A stretch of 64,000 nt of DNA from Phaeosaccion multiseriatum (GCA_965112735.1 OZ218958.1:1736001-1800000), one strand, 5' to 3'; counted from the stretch's first letter, positions 25,963 to 39,520 are shown. Notes: generated by a model from the sequence alone, not told the origin. Translations and numbers: made by a program.

Positions 25963-26387
25963 TGTTGGAAGGCCTCAGATGACATGGGCCGTAAGTCAAT
26001 GGCCCAGGCCCAGGCAGATACGGTGAGAACGGGTGGCGTGGCTCTCACTATCCTATGTGCGAAGGTGGTCGTTTAGGACTAGCATGCGATAAGTAATAGA
26101 GGCAAGGCTGGCTGCTAGGCTGGCTTTGGGGTTGCTGTTACCTTGTCCGTGTGTCTAGTTCCATCCGATCTGTAGGCGACAGCGCATGTCGTTTGACGTG
26201 CGCATGTCGTTTTACAACCCCAAAGCCAGCCTAGCAGCCAGTCTTGCCTCTATTAACTTATCGCATGCTAGTCCTAAACGACCACATTCGCACATAGGAT
26301 AGTGAGAGCCACGCCACCCGCTCTCACCGTATCTGCCTGGGCCTGGGCCATTGACTTACGGCCCATGTAATCTGAGGCCTTCCAACA
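25963..26387. repeat. Long inverted repeat (foldback): ~172-bp arms 25963-26134 and 26215-26387 with an 80-bp spacer
   Basis: TGTTGGAAGGCCTCAGAT...GGCTTTGGGGTTG is the reverse complement of CAACCCCAAAGCC...ATCTGAGGCCTTCCAACA, with about five differences. Confidence 0.95.
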
Positions 26388-26467
26388 CCAACTCAGCACG
26401 GCTGTGTGCCAGCTGTGACTATGGCTGTACCAACTGTTGATTGCGAGGAGCCGATAGATACGATGCA

Positions 26468-26511
<44 letters not shown>

Positions 26512-26519
26512 GAGAGAGG

Positions 26520-26551
<32 letters not shown>

Positions 26552-26571
26552 GAGAGGGAGAGGGAGAGAGA

Positions 26572-26610
<39 letters not shown>

Positions 26611-26626
26611 CATTTGTATACTGTGA

Positions 26627-26950
26627 TTTCGCGGTTGAGTGGGGCTTTTGACGCCCCGTGAATTTTTTTTGACACCAAATGACGATTACTTTGACGACGT
26701 TTGACGACGCTTGAGCCCCCTGTTTGACGCTCTTTGACGCCCTTTGACGCCCTTTTTTATGTGATTTTTTTTAGACGAAATTAAGGCGAATTAAGATAAC
26801 AGGGCGTCAAAGGGCGACAAAGTGCGTCAAACAGGGCTTTAAAGTGGGTAAAAAAAAGGGGTTCAAAAGTCGTCAAACGTCAACGTAATCGTCATTTGGC
26901 GTCAAAAAAAAATCACGGGGCGTCAAAAGTGCCACCAATCAACCGCGAAA
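26627..26950. mobile_element. MITE-like non-autonomous element with long imperfect terminal inverted repeats
   Basis: Ends TTTCGCGGTTGA / TCAACCGCGAAA. About 6-7 TTTGACG-like motifs on the left are mirrored by CGTCAAA on the right. It is AT-rich and non-coding. No clear target-site duplication. Confidence 0.6.
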
Positions 26951-27206
26951 GAAATAAACATTGAAATTACTTTTCACGATGCCATACAAGAGTACGCGCT
27001 CCGCCCAACTTTTCTTTCTCGCGCCAACCTCACATGTTGGTTGTTCGAAGGTCTCTCTTCTTGTCATGCTTGCGTTTGCTCTTCTAACTTACTTACTTAC
27101 AGCTACTTACAACATTGTCCAACCCCCACTCCTCCGCACCCCACCCCAGTCCAGCCCACCCCAGTCCAGCCCAGCAGTCCACCCCAGCACCACAAGATAG
27201 CATGTG

Positions 27207-27370
27207 TCACCAGAAGGCACACCAGCCCAGGAAGAGCTGCCACAAGTTGGTCGTGTCCAGCATTACCAAAAGGCACACCAGCCCAGGAAGAGCTGGCACA
27301 AGTTGGTCGTGTCCAGCATTACCAAAAGGCACACCAGCCCAGGAAGAGCTGGCACAAGTTGGTGGTGTCT
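27207..27370 (-). repeat. 56-bp tandem triplication of the TOR 3' end (FATC-coding) sequence
   Basis: Units start at 27207, 27263 and 27319 on the + strand. The third unit is the true TOR terminus. Confidence 0.95.
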
Positions 27371-27804
27371 GTGGCCGCTTCAATCAGGCGGTCCACCTGC
27401 TGCTCCACACTCAAGCCGCTGCGGATCACGCTGCCGCTGCTACTGGTGCTCCTAACCTGCTGATGACCCACGCTTCCTCCTCCTCCTCCTCCTCCTCCTC
27501 CTCCACCACCACCACCACCACCACCACCACTGCTGCCATCGCCGGAGCGCTGATGCGAGCGGTGGTCTCGGGTGCGGCTGCTGCTCCTCTGAGGCGCAGG
27601 CGCAGGACAAGTCGTTGCTGCTGGTGGGGCCACTGCTGCTGTCGCTACCCCACCCTCTGCCCCACTGGAACTCACATCTCCAAATTCTGTCCCAGAAAGC
27701 TTCTCGAATATGCGAGAAATCACTCGCAAAGCCTGCTCGTTGACACTTTCTTCCTTTCTGAGCTGCTGCCTGCCTCCCGCTCTCTTGGCCCCACCCTCGC
27801 CACG

Positions 27805-27853
<49 letters not shown>

Positions 27854-28488
27854 CTTGGTGATACAGCTTCACTTTCATGCTGCTCCTCCGTCCCATGCTG
27901 AGGCCCTTTCGAAGCTCGAGCAGTACGAAGGACAGCAGCAGCGGCAGCACGACCATCCATTACCTTCTTCCCACCACCACCACCACCCCCTGCGGCGCCC
28001 ACACCACGGCCTACGCGGCGTACGTCTCCCGGAGAGAGGGGCTTAAAGGCAGGAGGAGTGTTGCCTCCTCCCTTTCCTTCGTTGCCGTCGTTGCCTCCGT
28101 CGTCGTCGCCAACAACTGGCTTTTTCTGTAACAGTCGCCATCCAATGAGAGGGTCGTGTACAAAGGCTTCCAGCATGGCCATGAGGGAGTCTTTGTTGGA
28201 GCTGAGTAGACCCATTGTGTGCTTGCAAGTGGCACGGAACGTCCCGTCGATACCGCTCACCTCCATTGCTTCCACAAGCATACGGGTCAGGCGGAAGGGT
28301 ACCTTCTCGGGGTATTTGTCGCTGTAAGGGGGGGGGGGGGGGGGGGGGTGAGGGGGGGAATGAAGGGGGGGGGGGGGGGGGTATGGAGAGAGGACAGGAA
28401 GAGAGAGACAGAGAAAGAGAGAGGAGGGAGGGGATATGGAGAGAGAGGGACACAACACACGGAGACGGGGCAAGAGGAAGCAAGACAA

Positions 28489-28523
<35 letters not shown>

Positions 28524-29452
28524 ACCGCAGCGTTGCCACTTCGAAGCAGTCGCCAAAGTCGATGTGCACAACACGACCTGACGCTCGATCGATCATGATG
28601 TTGCTCGGGTGTCTGCACAGAGGTACGTAAGCAGGTAGGTAGGTAGGTAGGTGGTAGAAAAGTAGGCAGGTAAGTAGGTGGTGGGTAGGTAGGTAGGTAG
28701 GTAGGTAGGTAGGTGGGTAGGTAGATGGGTAGGTAGGTAGGTAGGTAGGCAGGGAGGTGGGTGGGTGGGCAGGTAGATAGGTAGGTGGGTAGGTAGGTAG
28801 GAGGCAGGGAGCACATAGAGAGGAGAGGGCAGGGCAGGGCGAATGTGCCCTTGACGCTTAGGAAAGGCCACGAATTGCTCTCACATCCACCTCATGCCAC
28901 CTGTTGCGCAGACTTCCCTTGCCGCGAGTGGTTGCGAGCGAGAGATGGGGCGGGCCCCCAACGCTTCAAATGCTTCTCCCCTTCCGTACTTCCGTCGCAC
29001 GCACCTGCTCCCTCCCTCTCCCTCTCTCCCCCCTATCTCTATCCTTCTCGCTCTTCCTCCGTTTCTCTCTCGTTCTCCCCCCCCCCCTCTGTCTATTCGT
29101 CTCTCTCTCTCTCTCTCTCTTCCCTCTCACTCCCTCTACCCGCTCCCTCTACCCTCTCCCTCTCTCCATCATTCCCTGCCTCCCTCCCTCCCTCCCTCCC
29201 TCCCTCCCTCCCCCTTCCCTTCTCCTGCATCTCTCGCACCTGTCTCCCAGCCCCAGCACGTATCCCGCCATGCTCATGACCGCAAGAGAGCGTGTGTACG
29301 TGTTCCGGCGGTCCAGCCATGACTCGGAAGAGCTATACCGTATACAGTGCAGTGACGCATATCGTGCAGTGCCGTGACGAGTGATGTGTGTGAGTGGGAT
29401 GAAAGGAGAGGAGATGGCGAGGAGACGAGAGGAGGAGGGACAGCCATCAGCG

Positions 29453-29499
<47 letters not shown>

Positions 29500-32400
29500 G
29501 GGGAGACGCACACGCACATGAGGCACACACACATCCCTCACCTACTCTTGAGCCACAAAATTCTAGCGAGGTCCCTCCCATCGGAGGCCTCCAAACAGTG
29601 CTCGAAGGCCTCTGCCTTGTTGAGCACAGGGAGCTTGTCGAAGTCAGGGGCGAAGGAGAGGAGGCGGCCGTGTTCTGCGTTGAGGGGGTCGCCTCTCTCC
29701 TCTCGGTGCTGCTTGATGAGCTCGTGGAGCGTATCGCATCTGACGGAGGGAGAGGGGAGGGGAGGGGAGGAGGAGAAGGAGGAGGAGGAGGTGGTGGTGG
29801 TGGTGGTGGAGGAGGTGGTGGTGGTGGTGGTGGTGGAGGAGGAGGAGGAGGAGGAGGAGGAGGAGGAGGAGAAGGAGGAGGACGAGGAGTAGAAGGAGCA
29901 AGAGAAGGAGAAGGAGGAGGAGGCGGCGGGTCAAGAAAGAGTGCGTAAGTATGTAGGAAGTATGTAAAACGTGTGCAAGACAAGTGTGTATGTGTGCAGC
30001 ACCATGTACCTCGGGGCCCATCCCATCCCATGTGCCCCTCTGAAACATGACTCCCCCCCCAATAACGCTCCCTCCCTCCTTCCCTCCCTCGCTCCCTCCC
30101 TCCCTCCCTCCCTCCCTCCGTCCCTCCGTCCCTCCCCCCCCCCTCTCTCCCTCTCCCCCTCTCTCCCTCCCCCCCCTCTCTCCCTCCCTCCCTCCCCTCC
30201 CTCCTTCCCTTTCTCCCTCCCTCCCTTTCTCCCTCCCCTCCCCCACCTTACCTCGGAACCCAACCGATGATCCCCGAGGTGGCCGAGAGGGGCATGACGG
30301 CGTATCTCTGAATGTCGAGGTGATGCAAAGTTCGCTCTCCCTCCACAAGCCGCTCACTGGCGAGCAGGGCGTTGATGAGACCGAACAGCTGCATGACTCG
30401 CTCGTCTTGTCTGTGAGGATGTGTGGGCAGGGAGGGGGGGAGGGGGGGGGGGGTGGGGAGTGGGTGAGTGAGTGAGTGAGTGAGTGAGTGAGGGGGACGG
30501 AGAGAGAGAGATGCCGCAACTGAGAGAGGGAGGGAGGGAGGGAGGGAAGATAAGAGAGAGATAGAGAGATATGTAGACAGAGACAGGTACCAACAGGACA
30601 GACAAAAGACAAGCAACACAGACTAACAGTCTGTCTGACTAGTTTACCGACGCACCGAAGATCTTCGCTACCCTTTACGAGGAACTTATATGCCTTTCCG
30701 TCGCTGCCGAGCATGGTGAGCTTTCTTGGCCGCTGCTTGCTCCATGTCACCAGCGTTACCACCGGAGAGAAGCCCATGATCCGAACAATGTCCTCCTCCC
30801 CACCACCTCCTCCACCCATGCCTGCTCCTCCCTCTCCTCCACCTCCACCTCCTCCTCCTCCTCCTCCTCCTCTTCCTCCCCCTCCCCCCCGTCCTCCTCC
30901 TCCTCCTCCACCACCACCAATCCCACCTCTAGCACCCGCACCCGCCCCCACCCCCGCGCCGCCACCATATGCTGCGTCCACTTCCGCAAAGGGAGAGGAG
31001 GCAAACGACGACGACGTATACCCAACTCCTCCAGCCCCTACTCCTGCACCCACTCCACCCAGTCCTCCAGCCATCGGCTGAGCCCCGCTGAGGGCGTCCG
31101 TGCCCGGCACTGCAAGTCTCAAGCCACGGGCATGCAGCAGTGCAGGGGATAGGTGCGCGAGGTCGAGGAAGCGCAAACTGGCCAGCTTGGCTGACAGCGA
31201 GAAGAAGATGGTGTAGTGCGCATCCCACGCCTCGTGGAGATCAAGCTCCAGACGGGAGTTTCTGAAACGGTCGAGCCATTTTCTCGCTTCGAACAGGTCT
31301 CTGCCGTAAGAGTGGATAAATCCGACGGTGCTCAGCCCACCCCCAAAAGCGCGTTCCTCACCTCCCTCCCCGCCCGACCCCACCCTGCCGTCCGTGTTGA
31401 CGCTGACCTCCTCCTCAAGCTTGACATGTAGTGCTTCGAGCGTCGCCAGCATGCCGTCAACGTCGTTTTCTTCAAAGTAGAGACGAGCCGCCTCTATAAT
31501 GCCGCTGTGCCAGCGCTCGGCCATGGTCATTGCAACCTTGTTGAGCTCCTGTTTGGGTTGGTTGATTGAGTAACAGGAGTGAGAAGAGGAGAGGAGGGAA
31601 GGAAGGAGAGGAGGAGAGAAATGGGAGGGGAGGGGAGGGGAGGGGAGGGGAGAGGAGGGGAGGGGCGAGGATGATGTCAATCAAACTGAAACCCAAACCG
31701 AACCCACGTAACACCTCACGTAATCAGAGCATCCTTACCTGGCTGACGAGAAGGGCCTCATCCACGAGCTGCGGCTGGTGCGTCCTCAAGTCAGCAACGA
31801 CGGCACTGGCGGCCGCCCTCCGCTGCCATCGATGGCTCTCGTCTCTCCTGCTGGCGACGACGATGGGGTACACGAGCGCGTGAGGATGCTTGCGCCCCAC
31901 GCGGCAGAGCAGCGACAGCAACAGCAGCGGGTCCCCACGGCGGCTTTGCTCCTCTTCCTCCTCCTCCTCCTCCTCCTCCTCCTCCTCATACTGCTCTTCC
32001 TGCTCCTCGGCGTGATCATACGCCCCATTCTCAGGATCCCACTCGTCACCCACAGGTGGCGCCGACGAAGACCCAGCCCCAGTCGTTGGTGATACAGTAG
32101 CCGCTGAAGCAGGAGGAGAGCAAGAAGCAGAAGCATAACCAGAAGGAGAGGCCGAGGGAGACCCTGAGGCCGTGGGCGAGGAGGACGTGGACGAGACCCC
32201 TTCACCTTCCGCGTCCACCTCCACCTCCAGCCCTGTCCTCCGGCTATTCGAACTCGGGATACGGGCCAAGAGCTGAGGGAGCACCGGCAGCCATGTATCC
32301 AAGCTCACCCTCTGCACGCCGTCTTCCACCACACGCCGGACGTCTCCCACCTCACTGTTGGCGAACCAGAGACTCAACAGGCGCAGAGTGTCCGTGAGGA

Positions 32401-34514
32401 TGTTGGCAAAAGGCTGCCCACGGCCCAGGGAGATGGAGCGGAAGAAGCCGCGCATCGCATTCACCACGAACTGCCTTCTCTTGTCTTCCACTGACGGAGA
32501 CGGATGCGACTCATCTTCCTCCTCCTCCTCCTGCGGCTGCTGTTGCTGTATCACCAACTGCTGCTGCTCCTCCGAGTGCCGTCGGCTGTCCTCAGTCTTG
32601 CGGGCCATCCGACGGACCCACTGCTCTCGCCCCTCCTCCTCCCCTTCCTCCTCCTCCCTAGCGAGCTCATCGGTCTTCCCCACACTACTTCCCCGACTTC
32701 TGCCACTGTTGCTATCGCTGCTCCTGCTGCTACTGCTGCTCCTGCTGCTGCTCCTGCTGCTGCTACTGCTGCTGCTACTGCTACCGCTGCTACCGCCACT
32801 GCGAAGCCTGCTCTCCCTGCCTCCGGCCCTCCTTGGGTAGCCCGTCCGAAGCGCAACATCCTCTTGCTCTTGTAAATCTTTGAGTCTGTCGGCAAGGCGA
32901 TAATTCATGAGTGCCCACGCATGCCAGGGAGCGTAGGCGGCCGGGGACAGCTCGATGGCCAGACGAAGAGACCGCAGAATGTCTTCAGTCGTGGCGTTCA
33001 GACCCAGCCGCAGCCCTGGCGAGGAGGAGGAGGAGGAGGATGGCAAGCCAGCTGTAAAAGCCCCTTCCTCCTCACCCCGTTCTTCTCCTTCTTCTTCTCC
33101 TTCTCTTTCTCCTCCTTCTCCTCCTCCTCCTCCTCCTCCTCCTCCTCCTCCAGAGCTCCTTCTTCCACCAGCACCATTGGAGGAGTAGCAGATGATATCT
33201 TTACCCATCACTCGACGCCGCCACTCCGAACCGCGAAGGAGACAGTCCACTAGCAACTCTCTCAACTCGGGGTCCATGTCGACTGGAATTGTCGCAAAGG
33301 GAACGGGAGCGGGAGCGGAAGCCCCTGCCTCCTCTTTGCCACCACCACCACCACCACCACCACCCTTACTCCTGCCCCTTCCCCTTCCCCTACCACTTCC
33401 ACTAGTGCCACTCACACTCCCACTCCCACCCGCACCAGTCCGAGCTCCGAGGAGAGTGCCCAGGCCGGCGAGGCGGCTCGTAGTGGCGGTTAAGTGGTTA
33501 GTGCTCCTGCTGCTCTTGCTGCTACCGCTTCTGCTGCTGCTGACGCTTGGCGTGTGATTCTTCCGCCGCACTGCGGCTACGGTGCGCACGAGTGCACCAA
33601 AGATGCCACCCTCGTCCCCACCTGGGCGTGCGGGAGCTGACGAGGGAGAGGGGGAACGCCCCCCTGCCTCCGCTCCTCCTCCTCCTCCTCCTCCTCCCGC
33701 TGTATCACCAACTGCCGAAGCTGCTGCTGCCCTCGACACCACCTCGTCGTGGAGAACGTGACAAGATCTCCTTGAAGAGGAGCGGGGCTGCCGCAGAGGC
33801 TGTAGCGGAGGAGGCACCTCAGCAGAAGGCTGGCACTGCTGTTCCACTCCAAGGCGTTCACACAGCGACGTTGTAAAGTCGAGAAGCGATCCGAGGGCGG
33901 TCCTGCAGTCTCCCGCCGCCCAGAGGTACTTGTACACTGCGAACTGCACCGACGGATGAGGCGCAGTAACAGGAGGATGAGCAGCAGCAGCAGCAGCAGC
34001 AGCAGGAGGAGGAGGAGGAGGAGGAGGATGGGGCGCCGAGGACGACGAGCGTGCCGCCACGGAGTCCGTCGCAAGGAAGGCGACCGCCCTTGCCCGCTCC
34101 CCACTTGCCGCAGTCGAGGAAAGAGAGGCCCCCCCACCCAAGATGCCGGAGAAAGAAGGCGCGGACTGTACAGGGATGGGCACACTTGCTCCTAGGCCCT
34201 CCAGCGTGTGTCGACAGAGGCTTAGATTACCCTGCCGCCGAGCGAGGCTGGCCAGACGGAGGAGATCGCGGCGGTTCTGTTGTGGCGTGAGGAGGAGCGA
34301 GCGAACCGACAGGATACGTCGCCAAACCTCCACATCTTCGGGCACCCAGCGTAGTCGTGTATCCCACTTGGCCCGCAGCGTCGCCAGCTTGGAGCTCCGT
34401 AGGTCCAACACGTGTTGTTGTTGTTGTGCTCGAGCCGCGGCCCTCCTCGCTTCTGCGGAAGAGGAGGAGGAGGTGGAGGAGGACGTGGAGGAGGAAAGGC
34501 TCCCGTCCCTCTCG

Positions 34515-34556
<42 letters not shown>

Positions 34557-34925
34557 TCACCCGCTATTCTATCAACACTCCTCACTGCTGATGTGAGTGG
34601 TGTGGGTGTGTGTGTGTCTCCTCTCTCACCCGTCTCTCCCGCCCCCGTCTCGCTCTCCCAGCTCCGAAACTGCACCACTTCCTCCAACTCCGCGAGCATT
34701 TGCGCAGTCACCATGAGCCCATATGCCCGTGTATAGCTCTCCCCTAGCAACACAGCGAGCTCAGGGGCCAAGACGGCTCGAGCGCTTTGCACTAAGTGCA
34801 AGGCTTCGCCCAAACGGCCCCTCTGCAGAGACACTACAGCCTTCAGCATGAAGCCATCCTCCACGCGGCCGTAGCGCCGTAGGGTGGGACGAAGGTTGCT
34901 GCTGTTCATGCTGTTGTTGGTGTTG

Positions 34926-34968
<43 letters not shown>

Positions 34969-35285
34969 TGGGGTTGCTCTCCTTGCCCAGAGACGAGTCC
35001 ATCGAACCACCACCACCACCACTTGAAGAAGACAAGGAAGATTGCTGCTGCGACTGCGTCTGCGCTTGTGACTGTGATGAGGTGAGCGGAGAGGCGGAGC
35101 TCATGCTACTTGTGTATGCCTCGAGCACATCCCACTGCCCTAGTGCCCATGCCGCCTTGGAGCCCAACTGCACCACTTCCACAGCCCAGTCATCCAGCTC
35201 CTAACAAGGGGGGCAAGGGGGCATGGGGTCGAGAAGACGGGTCAGGGGTGAGGGTGAGGGTCAGGGGTGAGGGTGAGGGTCAGGG

Positions 35286-35366
<81 letters not shown>

Positions 35367-35371
35367 CAGGG

Positions 35372-35440
<69 letters not shown>

Positions 35441-35467
35441 AGGCTGAAGGTGGGGGTGAGGGTGAAG

Positions 35468-35522
<55 letters not shown>

Positions 35523-38500
35523 CGAGGGTGAGGGCGAGGGTGAGGGCGAGGGTGAGGCTGAAGGTGGGGGTGAGGGTGAAGGTGAGGGTGAGGGTCAGGG
35601 TCAGGGTGAGGGTAAGGGTAAGGGTGAGGGTGAGGATGAGGATGAGTGTCAGGATCACAGGATGAGTGGTCCAGCTCCCAAAGGACAGTAGGGCCACGAA
35701 GAAGATGGAAAGAGCAGAGAGACAGAGAGAGAGACGCACGAGATGGACAGGAGGAGGATCACAGATGGACAGGAGGAGGATCACAGATGGACAGGAGGAG
35801 GATCACAGATGGACAGGAGGAGGATCACAGAGGAAGGGAGGGCCAACGGAGAGAAAGAGCGACGCGACTGAGCTCACCCGGAGAGACATGGAGCTCGGCA
35901 GAAGTCCCCCCTCCCCCTCCTTCCCCTCCCCTTCTCCTCTTCTCCCAGGCCTTCCCCTCCCTCCCTGCTGCTGCTGCTGTTGTTGTGGTTGCTGTTGCTG
36001 TTGCTGCTGCTGCTGCTGCTGCTCGGGAGTCCCAACCCTCGCTGTCCCAAGAGGGCTCCGAGACGGGGGTGGTGGTTGCCCATGTAACGGCATCTGCCCT
36101 ACTACAGGGGAGTGCGCAGTGGCCACGAGAGGAACCGGAGACGCGACGACCTGCTTCTGCTGCTGCGGCTGTACCACCAACTGCGGCAGCTGCTGCTGAG
36201 CCTTCAGAGGCCGTGGCAGAACGGGCGACAGGCTCCGTCTCCTGAGCATGGTCTCCAGCTCCGCTCTGTACACTTGCAACTGGCGACGCTGCAGGTGCGA
36301 CCACAACTCCGTGGCCACCTTGTGCAGAGAGCGAAAGTCTCCGACGGCGTCGAAGCAGCGCATCCTCCCCACGCAGGCTCGAAACCACTCCTGCTCAGCC
36401 GTGCGCAGCTCTGGGGTCACCACCACCATGCCCCCCTGCTGCTGCTGCTGCTGCTGCTGCTGTATCGCCAACTGCTGCTGCTGCCGCGTGAGATTGGCGG
36501 GTCTGCTAATCCCACGTCGAGATCGCGGCCGACCGGCCGAGGAGGAGGAGGAGGAGGAGGAGGAGGAGAAGGATACCTGCTGCTGCTGTAACTGCGAGGA
36601 AGAGGATGACGAGGAAGAAGAAGAAGAAGAAAACACCGCACCCGCCCCTAGTGTCTTCATACACCACTTGCTCTCCTTTGCCCGCGACGTATACAGCCGC
36701 AGGGCTTCATCCCATCTCTGAAGCTTCTCCAACCACGCAGGCCTTACCCGGAGGCCCAAGCCAGCGAGGTCCTTCGCCGCACAGCGCAGCAGGCCGGCAG
36801 CGGCGTGTCGCAGCCCCAGCGAGCAGTTGACGTTGATGAGGGCTTGGACACATTCAAGAGACTCACTCACTGCGTTGGATATACGCCGAGCCTCATCCTC
36901 TGTGCCGGCGTCGCCAGCAGTAGCCGTAGCAGTAGTAGGGGCAGTAGCAGGAGCAGCAGCGTCCACTGCCTCTTTTCCTCCTCCTCCTCCTCCTCCTCCT
37001 CCTCCTGTTGCTGCTGTTGCTGCTGCCCCTTGTGCTTCCTCCTGTGTTGCCGACGATGCAGTGGCCCATGCACTACTGTTGCTCTCCCCTCCCTGACCTT
37101 CTCTCCCCTCTGCGTCTCCCGTCAGGCCTGCAAGCCCGATGGATGACGGAGGAGGAGGCGAAAGGCTTCTACTGCTCTCCACTCGCTTTACAGGCGGACC
37201 GACAAATCTGTCAGCAGCACCCGATACACCTGTTGGTGATACAGCATCACTCCTGTCGGGCCCTGCGGGCTCACCGGCGCCGCCCCCCCCAGCTGCTTGC
37301 TCAGGAGAAGCGACGACGGGCGGCGTAGGGTGGAAAGTGTGTGTCCCACTCCGCTGCCTTGTCGGAATGCCAGGCCCACCTCCCGGGGGGCCAAGACCTC
37401 CATCCGCTGCCATCCCCTGGCCGACACCGCTGTTGGCACCCCCCCCAGCCCCGCCGCGTCGACTGCCACCAAAGCCTCCAGCGCCACTGCTCTTCTTCAC
37501 GCCGTGTCTGCTGCTGCGGCGCTTCCAGCCGCTGCTCACTGCAGTTCCGATGACAACGCCCTTACTCGCCACTGCCGGAGAGGACGGAAGGGAGGCGGAA
37601 GGGTGAGCACAGCACAACATGGTATGAGGAAGAGTAGAAAAAGACGGAAGAGGAGCAGCGAGTGGGGGAAGAGACAACAACACTCCACGGAGATGGAGAA
37701 GAGCAGCAGGTAGAAGCCACTGCTGCTGCTATTACTACAGCTACTACTCCTCCTCCTTCTACTACCACTCTTCCTCCTCCTCCTCTTTCTCCGTCTCTTC
37801 TTCCTCCTCCTCCTCCTCTTCCTCCTCCTCCTCACCAGTGGCCAGGAACTCCTGCTCTCTGTAGTGCAGGTGTTTGGCGAGTGCATGTGCGTCTTGCGTC
37901 TTTCGCTGCATAAGCTGTATATTGAGAGGCAGAGGCCTACCCTCCAGCGCCATGAACTCTGCCAGGCCCAGTAGCCGAGAGAGCACGTCCTAGAGGGAAG
38001 GGGGGAGGGGCGAAGGGGGGGAGGGCAGGGCAGGGAAGGGAAGGGAAATGCAGAGGGAAGAAGGGGTGCAGCCAGGAAGAGAGGGCGATGAGGGTGGGAA
38101 ATGGGAGTGGGGGGAAGGGGAAGGAGGTGAGTGAAGAAAAGGAGCGCTCAGAGCATATATATACATAATTATATAATTATATACATATATTATATAAATA
38201 TATAAATATATATATATATATATATAATTATGTATATACCTCCCCTCACTCACCCCCGGTAGGTGTGCTGCCCTGAGGGCCCCCTCAAGGCTCTGCGCCA
38301 CAAGCTCCGCCCCTCCGCTAACATCGACAAGCTCCGCGCTGGAGGCGGCGGCGGCATGCTCCTCCCTATCCAGCATCAGGCTCACCAGGGACTCCTGCTT
38401 GATGGGTGGAGGCATATGTTAGCGGATGGAGGCATATGGTAGTGTGGATAGATGCATAAGGTGGGTGGATGTTCATCCTTTGGGCGGGTGGAGGCAAATG

Positions 38501-39468
38501 GTCAACAAACCACCTCAAGGGAATATAATACCCCACCGGTTCCAGCCCCCCCCAGCCCCCCCTCTCTTTCAATACGCACGCACAGACACACACACACGCG
38601 CGGGCACACACACACACACACAAGCACACACACACACAAAATACACCCACACACACGCACACGCACACACACACACACATACACACACACGCACACACAC
38701 ACGCACACACCTGGGGAGGAGGAGGGGGAGGATGAGGAGGATGATGGGGCGAAGTCATCGGAGTGTACTGCCCGCCCTTGGGCGAGAAGGAGCACGCAAG
38801 CCGCTTGCTCGTCACCCCAGGCCGCACCCCCTCCCCCTCTTTACCACCACCACCACCACCACCACCACCACCACCACCACCACCACCACCACCACCACCG
38901 CCGCCGCCGCCGCCGCCGCCGCCATGTGCGTCTCTGATCGCCACGCCCGCACCCACGCCAAGGTCAAGTGCGGGCGAGTCACTGATGACACTGAAAGTTC
39001 CGGTGCCGCTTCTGCCGCGGCCTCGGGCGTGGTGACCCCACTTAAAGGCGGAAGAGGAGGTGCCCCCCCCCGAGGTTTCGTCTGCTTTGTACATGCTTTC
39101 CACAAGGTCGTCCCAGGCCACCGCAAAGGCGACATTGAAGAGTCTGTTCGCCAATGGGCGGTGTTCCGCTGCGAGACTAGCAGTAGGGCGGAGTAGAGGA
39201 GAGGGCGATAGGCGCAGCAACCCCACCCCCAGCCGCTGGAGCCACTGCTCCCAATCGCCGGGCTTGTCGCACTTGCTCGTGTCAAACAGGGCCAGCAGCG
39301 ACCGCAGTCGGGCTCCCCGACTAATTGTCTTTGTACCACCGCCGGATGAAGCAAAAGTACCCAAGCCAGCCGCAGGAGCAGCAGCTACACCACCACCACC
39401 ACCACCACCACCGCTCGCCTTTTGTATGTCCCTCTCCTCTGCTCCTCCTCCTCCTCCTCCTCCTCCTC

Positions 39469-39520
<52 letters not shown>

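Noticed and set aside
25477-35650. (CCCTGA)n and (GGGTGA)n as telomeres or chromosome fusion sites
   Set aside because: Both lie wholly inside introns of intact genes and contain no canonical TTAGGG or TTTAGGG runs.
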